Assembly (NCBI GenBank): GCA_040954595.2
Contig: CM082585.2
Coordinates: 12,266,341 to 12,330,340, forward strand
Reading direction: 5' to 3'
DNA from: Balanoglossus misakiensis
Lineage: Eukaryota > Animalia > Hemichordata
Length of the DNA: 64,000 nt
The notes beneath the pieces are model-generated. The model did no database searches and was not told the origin of the DNA. It was given only the letters and a program-made list of their open reading frames with translations. Shown here one piece after another: positions 42,101 to 55,243 of this stretch. Within the stretch, counting starts at the first letter, position 1; each line of letters begins with the position of its first letter. The translations under genes and the position numbers were made by a program.

Positions 42101-45100
42101 TATAGCTTCATTTTCCTGTTAGCCTATTCAGAGTCAGCTGATGTGTTAAATTAAAATCTGAAGGTCGATCGCCAAGCGTGATGGCATCTATTCACAACCA
42201 GCCACTTCCTTGTCAATGATGATCACATTCAGGGGATAATTTCCGCTGAGGTCTGAGTTGTCAAGAAGTTTCATTTCTCATTCTAGCTGCCTCTGTCAAA
42301 GTTGGAAGGGATAAAGCTCAACAGCTGTCCACACTTTGGTTCTTTCTAGTTTCATTTTAATGGCAGAATGCTGAACAAGGGGTTTTCCAAATCTCCTATT
42401 TCCTGTATTCTCATTTGCCAAACTGCAGCAGCGAGCAACCAGAGGTTCATTCTATCATAGACAGCAGAGGGGAAGAAAAACCAATGGGCATGAGTTACTA
42501 ATTATGTACACACAACTAATGCCATGCACATGACTTCTTTGTAAGTACACAGGTTATTGGGGGGAAAAACACATTGAATAACTACTAATATTACAGTAAT
42601 TACAAAAATGAAAATCTACTAAGAAGTATAACAGTACGTAATAGCTATCACAAGACATTTATGATAGAAATGATTAGTTTCAATATACCGTACATGCACT
42701 AATGCCAAAGGTTATTTGAAATATCAAAGTATTTATTAAACTATTTCAAGGGTCAAGTAGTGACTTCCTCTGTACTGATCCATGTACCATATCAAGAGAT
42801 AATTCAGTTCTGTTTATTTATGCCATGGTCACTCAGCATTTGATGGCCACTGGGAGTGACTGTTTATGCCTAATTGATCATTCTGACATAGCTATAGTTC
42901 TGGTATGGACCCACGGAACTGTACATGTATAACCAAGTGTCCAGCCACATTTTTCATTGGCTGATCAGGTACAGGTGCAACATGGGTCAAGGGAATACAC
43001 TTTTTGTAAACACCAAAATGGATAAGCTTAACAAGGATACAATAGTTGATCTGCCTTCAGAGATACAAGGCCATAACTCATAAGAAAACCACAGGGGCAT
43101 CAAATGTATAAAACAAACAAAGAAATAAAATAACCACAAACAGAAGAATGACTGATATGCTTCTTTGCGTTAATTAATGCTTCCACTATATATAAAATAT
43201 ATCACAATAGACCACTTGCATTTCTTTTCAAGACCACCTGTATCAATACTGATTCACATCTCAAGATGGCTATGACTACAGCCTCAAACATATATTGCTT
43301 TCAGAGACTATCCAATCTAACTCTTTTCTTAATTCTTTTCTTTGTTCTTCCATTGCAGATTTATCTATTAGCAGCACAACCCAACAAAGCAGTACTAATT
43401 ATATTTCGCTTGCATCTATCCATGTTAAGTGGTGCCCTATTAGCTATCCTATTTCCTGTTGTCAATACAAGATTGGTAAGTGACACTTTATGTATTTGTG
43501 ATTATTAGCCTTTGAATTAATCCCTTTCGTTGTACTCCAGCCATGATTAGCCATCAGCCATGGTTAGCCATCAGATCTCCAGCCATGATTAGCCGTCAGC
43601 CATGATTAGCCGTCAGATCTCCAGCCATGATTAGCCGTCAGCCATGATTAGCCGTCAGATCTCCAGCCATGATTAGCCGTCAGATCTCCAGCCATGGTTA
43701 GCCGTCAGATCTCCAGCCATGATTAGCCATCAGATCTCCAGCCATGATTAGCCGTCAGCCAAGATTAGCTGTCAGATCTCCAGCCATGATTAGCCGTCAG
43801 ATCTCCAGCCATGATTAGCCGTCAGCCATGATTAGCCGTCAGATGTCCAGCCATGATTAGCCGTCAGATCTCCAGCCATGATTAGCCATCAGCCATGATT
43901 AGCCGTTAGATCTCCAGCCATGATTAGCCGTCAGCCATGATTAGCCGTCAGATCTCCAGCCATGATTAGCCGTCAGATCTCCAGCCATGACTAGCCGTCA
44001 GATCTCCAGCCATGATTAGCCATCAGCCATGATTAGCCGTAAGATCTCCAGCCATGATTAGCCGTCAGATGTCCAGCCATGATTAGCCGTCAGATCTCCA
44101 GCCATGATTAGCCATCAGCCATGATTAGCCGTCAGATCTCCAGCCATGATTAGCCGTCAGCCATGATTAGCCGTCAGATCTCCAGCCATGATTAGCCGTC
44201 AGATCTCCAGCCATGATTAGCCATCAGCCATGATTAGCCGTAAGATCTCCAGCCATGATTAGCCGTCAGCCATGATTAGCCGTCAGATCTCCAGCCATGA
44301 TTAGCCGTCAGATCTCCAGCCATGACTAGCCGTCAGATCTCCAGCCATGATTAGCCATCAGCCATGATTAGCCGTAAGATCTCCAGCCATGATTAGCCGT
44401 CAGATCTCCAGCCATGATTAGCCGTCAGATCTCCAGCCATGATTAGCCATCAGCCATGATTAGCCGTCAGATCTCCAGCCATGATTAGCCGTCAGCCATG
44501 ATTAGCCGTCAGATCTCCAGCCATGATTAGCCGTCAGATCTCCAGCCATGGTTAGCCGTCAGATCTCCAGCCATGATTAGCCATCAGATCTCCAGCCATG
44601 ATTAGCCGTCAGCCAAGATTAGCTGTCAGATCTCCAGCCATGATTAGCCGTCAGATCTCCAGCCATGATTAGCCGTCAGCCATGATTAGCCGTCAGATGT
44701 CCAGCCATGATTAGCCGTCAGATCTCCAGCCATGATTAGCCATCAGCCATGATTAGCCGTCAGATCTCCAGCCATGATTAGCCGTCAGCCATGATTAGCC
44801 GTCAGATCTCCAGCCATGATTAGCCGTCAGATCTCCAGCCATGACTAGCCGTCAGATCTCCAGCCATGATTAGCCATCAGCCATGATTAGCCGTAAGATC
44901 TCCAGCCATGATTAGCCGTCAGATCTCCAGCCATGATTAGCCGTCAGATCTCCAGCCATGATTAGCCGTCAGATCTCCAGCCATGATTAGCCGTCAGCCA
45001 TGATTAGCCGTCAGATCTCCAGCCATGATTAGCCGTCAGATCTCCAGCCATGATTAGCCATCAGCCATGATTAGCCGTAAGATCTCCAGCCATGATTAGC

Positions 45101-48100
45101 CGTCAGATCTCCAGCCATGGAGAACACCTGAATAGTTATTAATAACAAAAAAAGTGTATCAGAAGTTAGCAGCTGATATCTCTGCCACATACTTCAGCAT
45201 TTCTATTCTAAGTTCTACTAAAAATATAACGGCAACATATAGCCATTAAGAGGATGTGATGGCTGAAGACATTGCAAGACAGAAACTGCATTTAGACAGC
45301 CCTGCTGTAATTCAATTTATCTCTAGTAGTACTGTGGGAAATTTCAGTTAATGAAAAAGGTGCCTGATACAGCACCTCAAGAGGTTTGACACAAAATTTT
45401 CCCAAAGCGATCGAGAGTAACTTATTTTGTAGCTCTGATACTGGTTCATGCGTTTCCATGGATACTCGCCACCAGTAATAGATTGAGAATCAGACAAGTG
45501 CGTCTAACGCTGTATTTCTTGTGGAAGGACTGACACACATTAACATAGATGTAGATGATATCACCACTCTGTACTTTCCAATACTCAGAGCCTCGCCATA
45601 GAAACACAAGTCACTGAAAGTATCTAGTTTTCCCTCCTTGAACCCAAGATGAACACATCAGCCATTTTGTGAGTTTGCATTCAATTTGAGTGATAGAGAG
45701 CATTTGATTGACATGCAGTGTTCTGTATTCATGGAGATATGTTTTCATTAGTGTCACGTCCAACTGCAGTGCGTGGTTTATTCAGCTCTGCATACACTCA
45801 CCATTATTTGCTTTGTGTTGTCTCCAGAATTTGAATGCACTAATGACACCCTCTTCACTGTTGCTTTCTACCTGCAAACCAGTATTGCAATCTGCAGATT
45901 TTTGTTGTTGCAATAAACACAATTGTTCTGATTGCTTCTAAAAGTTAGTCAACTCCGGTCATTTGCAAACAAAAATGGAAAAGTGCATTCTGCAAATACA
46001 GTGCAAGAAAATACTGCTATAGTATTACTATTAGCCTGGGTAAACTTTGTAATGATTAATCTGTATAATAATTCTTCTTTCTCTCTATTTGCAAACACAG
46101 CTGCCATTTGAAACAGAAGTATACTGGGTCCAACATATCCTGATTTATATAATAATTCCACCTTATCTAATGAAATGTGGAGGTAAGAATCATACAATGT
46201 TCAGATCTGTCAAAATGATAACATCCTCTTTTCTATGCATGCGTCTACATCTAGCTTGATCCCAAATTAACTTTCCCTTTTTTTCTCCCGCTGTCTTTTG
46301 CTTGTGCTTTCAATTTTGACAAAAATGTTGCTATTAAATCGATCACTCCTGGGATTTGGTTTTATGAATTGATTGTATCTTTCATTCACAGGTCAGATCA
46401 TACTCATAAATTTCTTCTGTGTGTTTTGTATTCAGGAGATCTGCCAGAATGATATTCAGTTGGTTGTCATATTTATCATTAGGTTTAGTTATTTCAGGGT
46501 TGCTATGTGTGCTTTATAGCATATATTACATGGTATTTTATAGAAACTTAGGATGGTTTTAAACTTGCATAGCTGAACTCTGAGTACAAGGACAGTTCAG
46601 CTTTGGTTGGGCGGTGTGTGTGTGTGTGTGTGTTACATTTAAGACCAACCAGAGACTCCTTTGCCATGGAGACTGTCAACCAAAATGGAATACTGACAGT
46701 TTCCATGGCTACATGTACTCCCATCTCTCATCGCACCACTTTCATATTGTCCTTCCTTCCCAGCTGTTGCAGTGAAAAGAACATGTAAAAAAACAATGGT
46801 TTTTATCATTGGTTCAAGCATGCTGACTACAGCCATCATTGTTAAATAGCTATCTATTGTTGTTGTGAATTCACACAGCTGTGTCAGTCAAATTTAAATT
46901 GATATTTTATATTTGTAGCCGCAATATATAAGAGACATTTTTCCCAACTGTGTAGTAATATTGAATCAGTCATTATATGGTACTACTGTTTTCTCCAATT
47001 ACAAAGAAAATAGTTATCGTTTGCTTTGTTTTACTGTTACCGGGGCTATTTCAAATTTTCTTCCACAACATTCAACAAATGTGGTGAGGGTTGACCTTTA
47101 TGCCTGAGATAACATGATCAAATCAGGAGCTGTCAAATGTATTGCTCTTTACAAAAGGTGAACACTATCTTGGCACGAATTAAAATTTTAGATCTCATTG
47201 ACAGCCTTTGTACACGCTGACTGGTGTCTTTCCTTGCTCATATTACTGACATAAGTTTAAAACATGTGGCCACATTCATGATCACATTTCCCTGATATGT
47301 GAATCCAAATATAGATTTACTGTAAAAATTGTCTAAATATATCTTCAGTGCTTGAATGCAGTTTGCAGTATCAGAATAAAATGTAACCTTGAACCATACC
47401 AAGTTACTTTTCAGTAATGCTAACGATTTAAGACATCTTGGTGTTTGACTGATATCTCCTGTTGTGCCGTGCGATCTTTAAGGTCAAAGAGATTTTCCAT
47501 GGATTTCACTTTAACTCCATGGAGCATCTCCGTAATGTCTAAAAAGGACATAAATTTATCTCTTTGTGAGAGGATTCCTTAAATCATACATATTGATTAA
47601 TCCACCCTAAAAAATAAAATAGCAAAAGAGAAGCATAAATTTTAGCTTTTAAAATCTCCTACACAACTTACCATTAACTGTATGCTTTTCATATTTTTTT
47701 ACATGGACGAATAATTCATTTTCCTTTTACTACAATACTTGATCAAATTAGGTTTAGTACATGTGTACACATGCTGTCATGCTAAACACAATAATTCATA
47801 AAAATAATGCTTTAATTTTTATTGGAAGATTGTTGCAACACACAGCTAATTAATTGGCCAAATGTGATGTGCTGAATTATTAATGATGCTGAAGTAATAA
47901 ATGTTATCTTTTATATTTGTGTCTCGACAAGCAACATTTTTTTCATATAAAATGTTCAAGTAATGTCAGTGAACAGTATTTGAAGAAATAAGACCATATT
48001 TTATTGAAATTCTCATTCACGTGATACATATTTCATTTGGCTTTTAATATCCTATAAATTCGCTGTGATATTGTTATAAATTATGTCAAATCTAATACTC

Positions 48101-50517
48101 AAGTTTAGTTTTCTATTTTCCACAGATTTTGAAAAGCATTCTCAATAATAGGTGAAAGCTATTGTTTGAATACAACCTGAGTCAATTAAAAGCATATTGT
48201 GTGAATAGGCACCACAGAAGAATACTTGTTTCTACATGTATACTCACTCCTGTATTTGTTTGTATGTACTGAATTCATGTGACTTTTCAGCAAGCATTTT
48301 CCACAGAACACAGCACATGACTTTTTATTCCAGAGTAAACCTATTATATGGATTTTTCACCTGGGGAAAAATAAATCAATGAAGTATAGAGAATGTTGAA
48401 AGACTATTAAATAATGTATTTTCAGTTTAAAATATCTTTTAAAGTGCTACCATGATAATGTGTTTTCCCTGAAGGTATAATGATAAAATATTTGTATCGT
48501 ACTGCCTCTGCCAGTGTTTGTATGATTTGACTTCAGTTTCTGAAAGTGGCACTCCCATTTTGCTGAATATGTTCAATCTTTCATCCCCCATTTATCTCTG
48601 TAGAGGTCCAATTTTACATCTGGACTGCGAGCCAATTTTCCACAATTTTAATTGAAAGGATACTGAACTCTCACAACTATACATAAATATTTAAAAAATG
48701 GACGTGCCACTTGAAAATTAGGTGTATAATAATATTAATGGTAGTTTTCCAGTTCATTTTCTGTAAAAATCTATTCTTTGTGTTCTTGCTCTCCATCCAA
48801 TCCTTTCCTTTGCCCATCCTTATTCCTTTAATGTTACCCTTCAGTTATTACATGTATTAGTTTACCCGTGCAAGTCTGCTTCTGTGCGTTTGTTTGCAGG
48901 TGCTTACACCCCCGAACCACTAACCGACGCTTGGTGGGTGGTCTGGAATCTCGGTGTGCTGTTTGCCTATCATTTTGTCCCATTGCATGCCTTAGCCGTG
49001 GTAAGTAAAAAAAGAAATTCAGTGACCCAGGGGAACTGTCATGTCACCTGACATTAAATAAAAATGGTGATGTCACGTGACTGCAGCAGTTGTCACCTGA
49101 TCTCTACATCCTTGCTCATCAGTTTCATTTCTCTCTTCTCTCTTTCTCTTGTCCCTCTGTTTCAACTCACAGGTGTTTTTGTGCTTGAGTCTTCAAGTGA
49201 CTTTCATTGGTACATCTTAACAATTGGCTTCCTTATCTGGTATTGTTTTGTTCCATTACAGTTGCTTGGTATGGTAAGCAAAACCATATCTACATTCTGC
49301 CTTTTTCTCTCATCCCAATCACACTTTGGTACCATCAGCCACTTGGCATCTTCCAACTTTACGCTGGATGGTGTTGCCACAGCAACACTCTCCAGCTTTG
49401 CCTCATCTGTAACAAATGTCCTGAAGCAACCGGGGAAAGTGGTTCTGTGAAATCCACAGTGTCATCACGCCATCATTCCCAATCAAAACAGCCACAATCA
49501 AATTTCATGTTCTGTTTATTAAAAGCCATTATCTATGTTGTCAAAACTGAGTGAGAAGTCTTTTAAAAATGGCAGCTCTAGCATTCATGTTTTCGAGATT
49601 CTTAAGTTAAAACAGTTGACAGTGTGGTTTCCATCAACTATTAATCATTCTGACATTATAAAAAATGAATTAGTTGCAAGGTTAAATGGCAATTAAGACG
49701 GAAACTTCAAAGAGGCCCGTCTGGGCTCATTAATTTCCGAAATAACACCTGTCATTTATGTTTTTCATTTCGGCAATCATCTTTGTGATTAATATTGGAC
49801 AGATCCAAGCTTGAATTTTCATCTCCTTTGAAGATTTCAATAATTGCAGAAATCCATTCTTTTGGCTGTTTGGAAATTCTGAATTATCCAGCTCACATCT
49901 TTTGTTAGATCAGCTTTCCATCACAACAACAGACTGCATGCTGTCTGTCTGCTGGTCCATATCTACATGTTATTACATGTTTCATGACGCATTTCTTTTC
50001 GTTTTTTGCATGACTATTTCTTTTGCCAGAACAAACAAAAACTCACCATGTTTTAATAAGTGTAGAGACTTTATCACATGTCAAGTATAGTCATGTGCAA
50101 TCAACCCAACATCCTTTCAGGATGATCTGAAATTCATCTATGACATGCTATTGAAGAAAGTATAATCCCGCAAAAGACTTGTGCTTTCATTCTCTTTATG
50201 TTGGCCCTCTCTGATCTGCGCGTACAGTGCATGACTAAATGATCTATCTGTATTATACAGAGCCTGAAGAACACACATGCGTTTCACTAAAATTGAAATG
50301 TTTTTCATCCTCTGTGCAGGCATTGGAAGTCAACTTAAACAACATGCTGTGTCCAGCACCTAGTGATCCCTTCTACGGCAGGTGGTATCGCGTGGCAGCA
50401 TTCACACACCAACATGCCATGATTCCACTGCACCACAAACTGTACACTGTCATCGTCAAGATATTTCTGCCAGTGTCCAGGTTAGAAGATGAAAAGCCAT
50501 TTGACAAAAAAGGTTGA
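36185..50517 (+). CDS. TMEM164: Transmembrane protein 164 (membrane acyltransferase family) with two alternative versions of exon 4
   Basis: Exons 36185-36526, 43359-43475, 46101-46182, 48900-49000 (4a) or 49173-49273 (4b), 50320-50517. [42 protein letters not shown] (catalytic Cys motif), [51 protein letters not shown]. Probable long 3' UTR to AATAAA 54928. Confidence 0.96.
37248..37310. mobile_element. piggyBac-type MITE, degenerate partial copy
   Basis: TAACCCTTTCACCACCATGGTTTGGTCCAAAACCATTGTTTTC matches the reverse complement of the right end of the 28968 element. Confidence 0.55.
40638..40731. mobile_element. piggyBac-type MITE, full-length inverted copy
   Basis: TTAA-CCCTTTTACC...GGACCTCTATAGAGGGAACTGGGGGTGGAAGGG-ATAA is the reverse complement of the 28968 copy with substitutions. 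Confidence 0.7.
43535..45119. repeat. Minisatellite of interspersed 25-bp (CTCCAGCCATGATTAGCCGTCAGAT) and 17-bp (CAGCCATGATTAGCCGT) units in TMEM164 intron 2
   Basis: Directly visible tandem array of about 1.58 kb with low divergence. Confidence 0.97.
48900..49000 (+). CDS. TMEM164: TMEM164 alternative exon 4a ([34 protein letters not shown])
   Basis: tgtttgcag| 101 nt |gtaagt; phase 1 in, phase 0 out. Confidence 0.9.
49173..49273 (+). CDS. TMEM164: TMEM164 alternative exon 4b ([34 protein letters not shown])
   Basis: Long pyrimidine tract, cacag| 101 nt |gtaagc; same length and phases as 4a, and aligns with it without gaps. Confidence 0.85.
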
Positions 50518-52870
50518 TTGAGTGAATACATGTATTTCTAGCTGATCTGTTTTCAATTTAATTCTGCTGCTGATTTCAGGGAAAGGTCTTTGCTGTGTGC
50601 AATAGATAAAACATACAGCATAAGAGATGTTTTGTTTACAATATTAATTTCAGATTCAGATTGCTTAGGAAATGAATTTAGGATGGTCTGTCATAGAGAT
50701 AGCAAAGATAATTCAGTCATTCATGCAGGAAGTTTTATTTTGGAATACAATGCAAAACTGAAAGAGTTACAGTATTAATTTTGATTTTGTTTTATGCATC
50801 GACTGCAGTTTCTTGTTGTGCTCGCCACAAAATCCTGTTGAAATTTGCAAAGTACTTATGTTTATCTCGTCAACACTATGGTAGCATCAATAACATTTAC
50901 TTGGTGTAGGTTACTAGATATAACTGTGTTGACGAGTAAAGACTGGACGATTCAACATGATCCTGGGGTGACAACATGAAACTTCAATTTGCACAAAACA
51001 CTGAATAGTTATCCCAGGTGGCAGTTATTCCCCATTTTCACATTCTCCATTCACATAGTGGAATAATCCCGTTGTTTTCTAAAGTGTGGTTGGACCTATA
51101 CACTTGGAAATAGGGGTGAAAGGATTAAGAAAGAGATAGAACTTAGTTTTACATTCCACAATGTCTTGCAAATTTTTTAGGAATGAACAATTTACTCTCA
51201 TGCATATATTTCACAATCGTACCCTATATTTGATCATAGCTTTAATACATTCAGTTTTAAATATCAAATGCACTGCCCCTAATATTGAAATTTCTCCTGT
51301 TCCAGGGTAGATACTTTGGCTGAGACAAGTGACATGTCTTATGCAATGTATTATATGTAATCAGCATTGGAAAGCAAATCCATTTTCTGTAAATAGGAAT
51401 TTAAATGCTTCTTCAAACATTGGAGAATTGGACGGATTATATAGCAGGTGTTAGAAACATCTCTTTTCATGCATGTGACACCGTCAACGTAATTAATCTG
51501 AATTTCAACTGCCGTTGCACACTCTAGAGTTGATCAACAAATTTCTTTAATTCAATATTCTAAAGGTGTTCAAATTGAATTTTTAAAACACTATTCGGAA
51601 AAGAGGAGAAAGTTGAAGTTCAAACAATGAATTGGCCCAACATTTTCTGTCTGATTGGTTATTTCTTAATTGATAATATCATTTATTCATATTGGAACAG
51701 ACATCTAGCTTGGATTGTCTGGGTAGCCAATTTTTGCTGCTGTACCTCTAGCCAGGCCATGATAATCCAGATTTCACTTTGAAGTACATGTACATGTATG
51801 TACTTCCGCCAGCCGCAAAACTCTAGAGCTGCAGGTTTGATAGTATGGTAACTTGTAACTCATGAATTTTAAATGAGAATTTAATGTCAGAAACATGTTC
51901 TATTCAGAGATGCAGGATTTATGATGTAACTATGACTTGAACAGCACCATCTTGATTAAGAGTAGTGATACTTGCTGTCAATATAATACAATTGGAGATA
52001 TCAAAACTCCAGCATTTTAATCCAAGAAGCCTTGCAATATTCAACACCAGGTGGCGCTGCTCACCACTTGCGGTCTGACACACCATTGCGATACAATATA
52101 ATGAGTTTTGACATGATTTCTGAATATCTATGCAACATTCATTGGTGTCCAGAACATGATAATTCAAATCTTGAGAGTAAATATTGCAATATAGGATGTT
52201 TATGAATGTATAAAATTTGGATATATTTCTTCCTTTTATGACAATGCTCTCATTGTGACAATTTTAAAGTTTCCCAAGTGTGCTCAATGTTGACATTTCA
52301 AGTTATACAGATAAATGGTTAATATTTTCAAGTGAATTATATGTATTAATTAATAATAATCACCTTGTCCAAGTACGCTTCATATTGAAGTTGGTTAACA
52401 GTTTTTCCCACGTATTGTTTTAGACATCTCACAGCTATGTAGCTGCTCATGCCGTGGTAATTATAACGATAGACTAATAAGTATTTGTACTGCATGTCTC
52501 CAACAGTGTTTTTTTACACCTGGCCACGAGGATTCTTGCAGAATCCAACTGACACTCTTTGACACGAAAAGCTGAGATAATCAGTCTTGCTATGTTTATC
52601 AAGGTTGTTAGAGGTTTTTCGCAATGGTAAAGACAGTGGCATTTTGTCAACTTTTGTATTTATTCATTTTGAATTTCAGCTACATATAGATTGAAAGCTG
52701 GAATGTAGTTACTTATATTTGGGGAGGATGTATTGTCAGGGTGAGTAAAGGAAACTATCAGGGTCATTTTTGATGTAAGTTGTACATAGATACTGTCACA
52801 TCTTCTGACAGGTGTGGTAATGTTTGCTGAGTATATGATACTAGTAACATGTAGATATGGCAATTTCGCC

Positions 52871-52934
52871 TTAACCCTTTTACTACCATGGTTCAGTCTA
52901 AACCCATTGTGTTCTATGGGGATAAAAGGGTTAA
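52871..52934. mobile_element. piggyBac-type MITE, internally deleted copy
   Basis: TTAA-CCCTTTTAC...CCATGGTTCAGTC...GATAAAAGGG-TTAA. Confidence 0.65.
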
Positions 52935-54973
52935 TATACAGTTTATATGAGAATGGGGAAAATGTTTGAATGCTTTGATTTGTTTTCCTTACTTTAAGTT
53001 TAAAGGTTTCAGTTCAGGATAACCAATGCGATGAAACAAGTGGAATATTCCATTGTCCAGGGATAGACTGAACATACAGGTTGGCTAGGATTGAAGTGGA
53101 GACTAGACGAAGAGGAATTTTGATTTGAAAATGAATAGGAAAGAAGTGCTTAGTAAAACATGCATGCTGCAAAGATGAAGAAGAATGTAATGTATAGATG
53201 TCACTATCTGATGTCCTCCAGTATGCCCTTTGGAGAAAAGCATCATGTCCTCTTGGACACTGTCACTACCATGGATTGGTCCCTGTCATCAGTAGATAGT
53301 TACTGTGTGCATAGCAGACATCTATTGGAATGTGCTAGATGCTTTGGATGTGTTCTGAAACCCATGTATAACACTGTCCATTTCTTGAATCTCTGTTAGC
53401 AAGGGGTTACATTTACTTTTTCCCCAAGCAGCAGCATTTTGTGTTATGTATATTGCCAATATATTTTGTGTGCTAAAATGTCAGTTGTATGTTGAAAGGA
53501 TTTGGAGTAAAGTACAATGTAGATAGTCCAATTCAAGAGATAAGTTTTCCGATGCTGCCTTTAGTTATATTCAGCTCCATGTATTGAATTTTCTTGAAAT
53601 GCTTGTGTCTGCATTCAATCCAATAGAACGCACATATAAATATTAGACCACTTGAACTTCATGCCTTGATTTATCTGATAATAATGGTTTGAACTTTGTT
53701 TGTGTGAATGCATAGAATTGTTGCAAAAATGTGCCGTGTCAATTTTCGGATGTGCCAAAACGTATTTAGAATTGGTACTTGAAATTCTGATTTGCCAGGG
53801 TTTTATCTCGGACAAGCATTAATTTTAGAAAATTCAATATGTAGAGTATTGTTGATATTTCCGCATTACAGTAAGTTAATTCTTTTAAGACATGTTCTGC
53901 CAATATTTGATTGTTGAATGTATGAAAGTGGCTTGCTTGTAAAAAGTCTTGGAAGTTTTGCAAGAAATGGGATTTTCTTTTTGTTTAGACTTTGAGCAAT
54001 TTGTTGTAGTCTTTTCATCACCAGTCTCAACTAGTCGTTAGTCCCAACTAAGATATTTTCTTGTATGCTGAACCATGATGATACACTATCTTGCTTTAAG
54101 CAGTATTATTGAAAACTGAATTCAAGTCAGGACTGGAATTTGTTTGTCAACAACAACAACAATGCCAGTTCCACTTCGAAGGGGTATGCTTAAAAGCACA
54201 ATAGCAAAGTTGGGTTAAGTTAAGATGATACACAGAACAGCGATGCTGAAAATGGCCTTAAGTTACAGCTCATGTCTCCTTAACATATTCTGATATATTT
54301 AACATGAGAACTATATTTGGTAGGGGAGGAGATATAGATTTTCATAATTTCAACGACATCAAATACTTCTCTTTCTCGGAGATAGATTGTTTATGACAAT
54401 TGGGACTTAAGATGTTCCTATTTATTCAGGTTGATAGAAATCCAAAAATGGTTTGTGTGGAGTGGTTATATTTTACCTTTCATGAAAAAGTATTACTCTA
54501 AATACTCAATATGTGCAATTGTTGAAGATATTTTGAATTATTTCTTTGCAAATGTTTGAAATCAAAGTAACTCTTACTGTTTTTACAACACTCTGAATAG
54601 AGCAAGAATTTTGTTGGAGATATTTCTAGTTCAATTTATGAAATTATTTTTATTTTGAATTTTTGTGATTGGTATTTAGGTTGTCATATCTTTAAATGAT
54701 AGAAGAAATGCCAGAATATTAGAAAATTGACTTGAATTTTACAGGGTCACCGTTGTTTTTTTCCAGCAATGTTGAATCAGTCTCTATATATGCACAATGC
54801 AGAATGGTTTTACCATTTTGCTGTATATAGGGGTGGCCACATTAGTTGGAATGAGAGTTTGTGGTTGTCATGGTGACCTAAAGCATGTTCCTTGTTGAAA
54901 ATTGTATAAAGTTGCAGTTGATTAGTTAATAAAGATTTTTAGACTTGATCACAAATGAATTGTCTGTAACAAT

Positions 54974-55030
54974 CATACACACATACATATACATACAGAC
55001 ATACTCACACACACACACATACATACATAC
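54974..55030. repeat. (CATA)n/(CA)n microsatellite between the convergent 3' ends of TMEM164 and the FkbM gene
   Basis: Directly visible. Confidence 0.8.
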
Positions 55031-55243
55031 TTAGCAGATAATTGTACTATGGCTGTACAGTGAAGGTTTTACTGCAGAGGTAGATCAAATTTATTTCCAA
55101 ACTTTCTTGAACTGACACAGGAATTGACCAATCAGAAGAAACCTTGCAAGACTACATGTACTTCTCATCTGCCTAGTCGGACTTAATACATCTGGTATTT
55201 TATTGTTATGTACCGATACTTATTCATGGAAGCAATTTAAAAT

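Noticed and set aside
43535-45119. CRISPR-like appearance of the repeat array
   Set aside because: No unique spacers, no cas genes, and located in a eukaryotic intron: it is a minisatellite.
46392-46560. Possible third alternative TMEM164 exon (hydrophobic frame after acceptor-like sites)
   Set aside because: No similarity to exons 4a/4b, and the length/phase is incompatible or a stop falls in the required frame.
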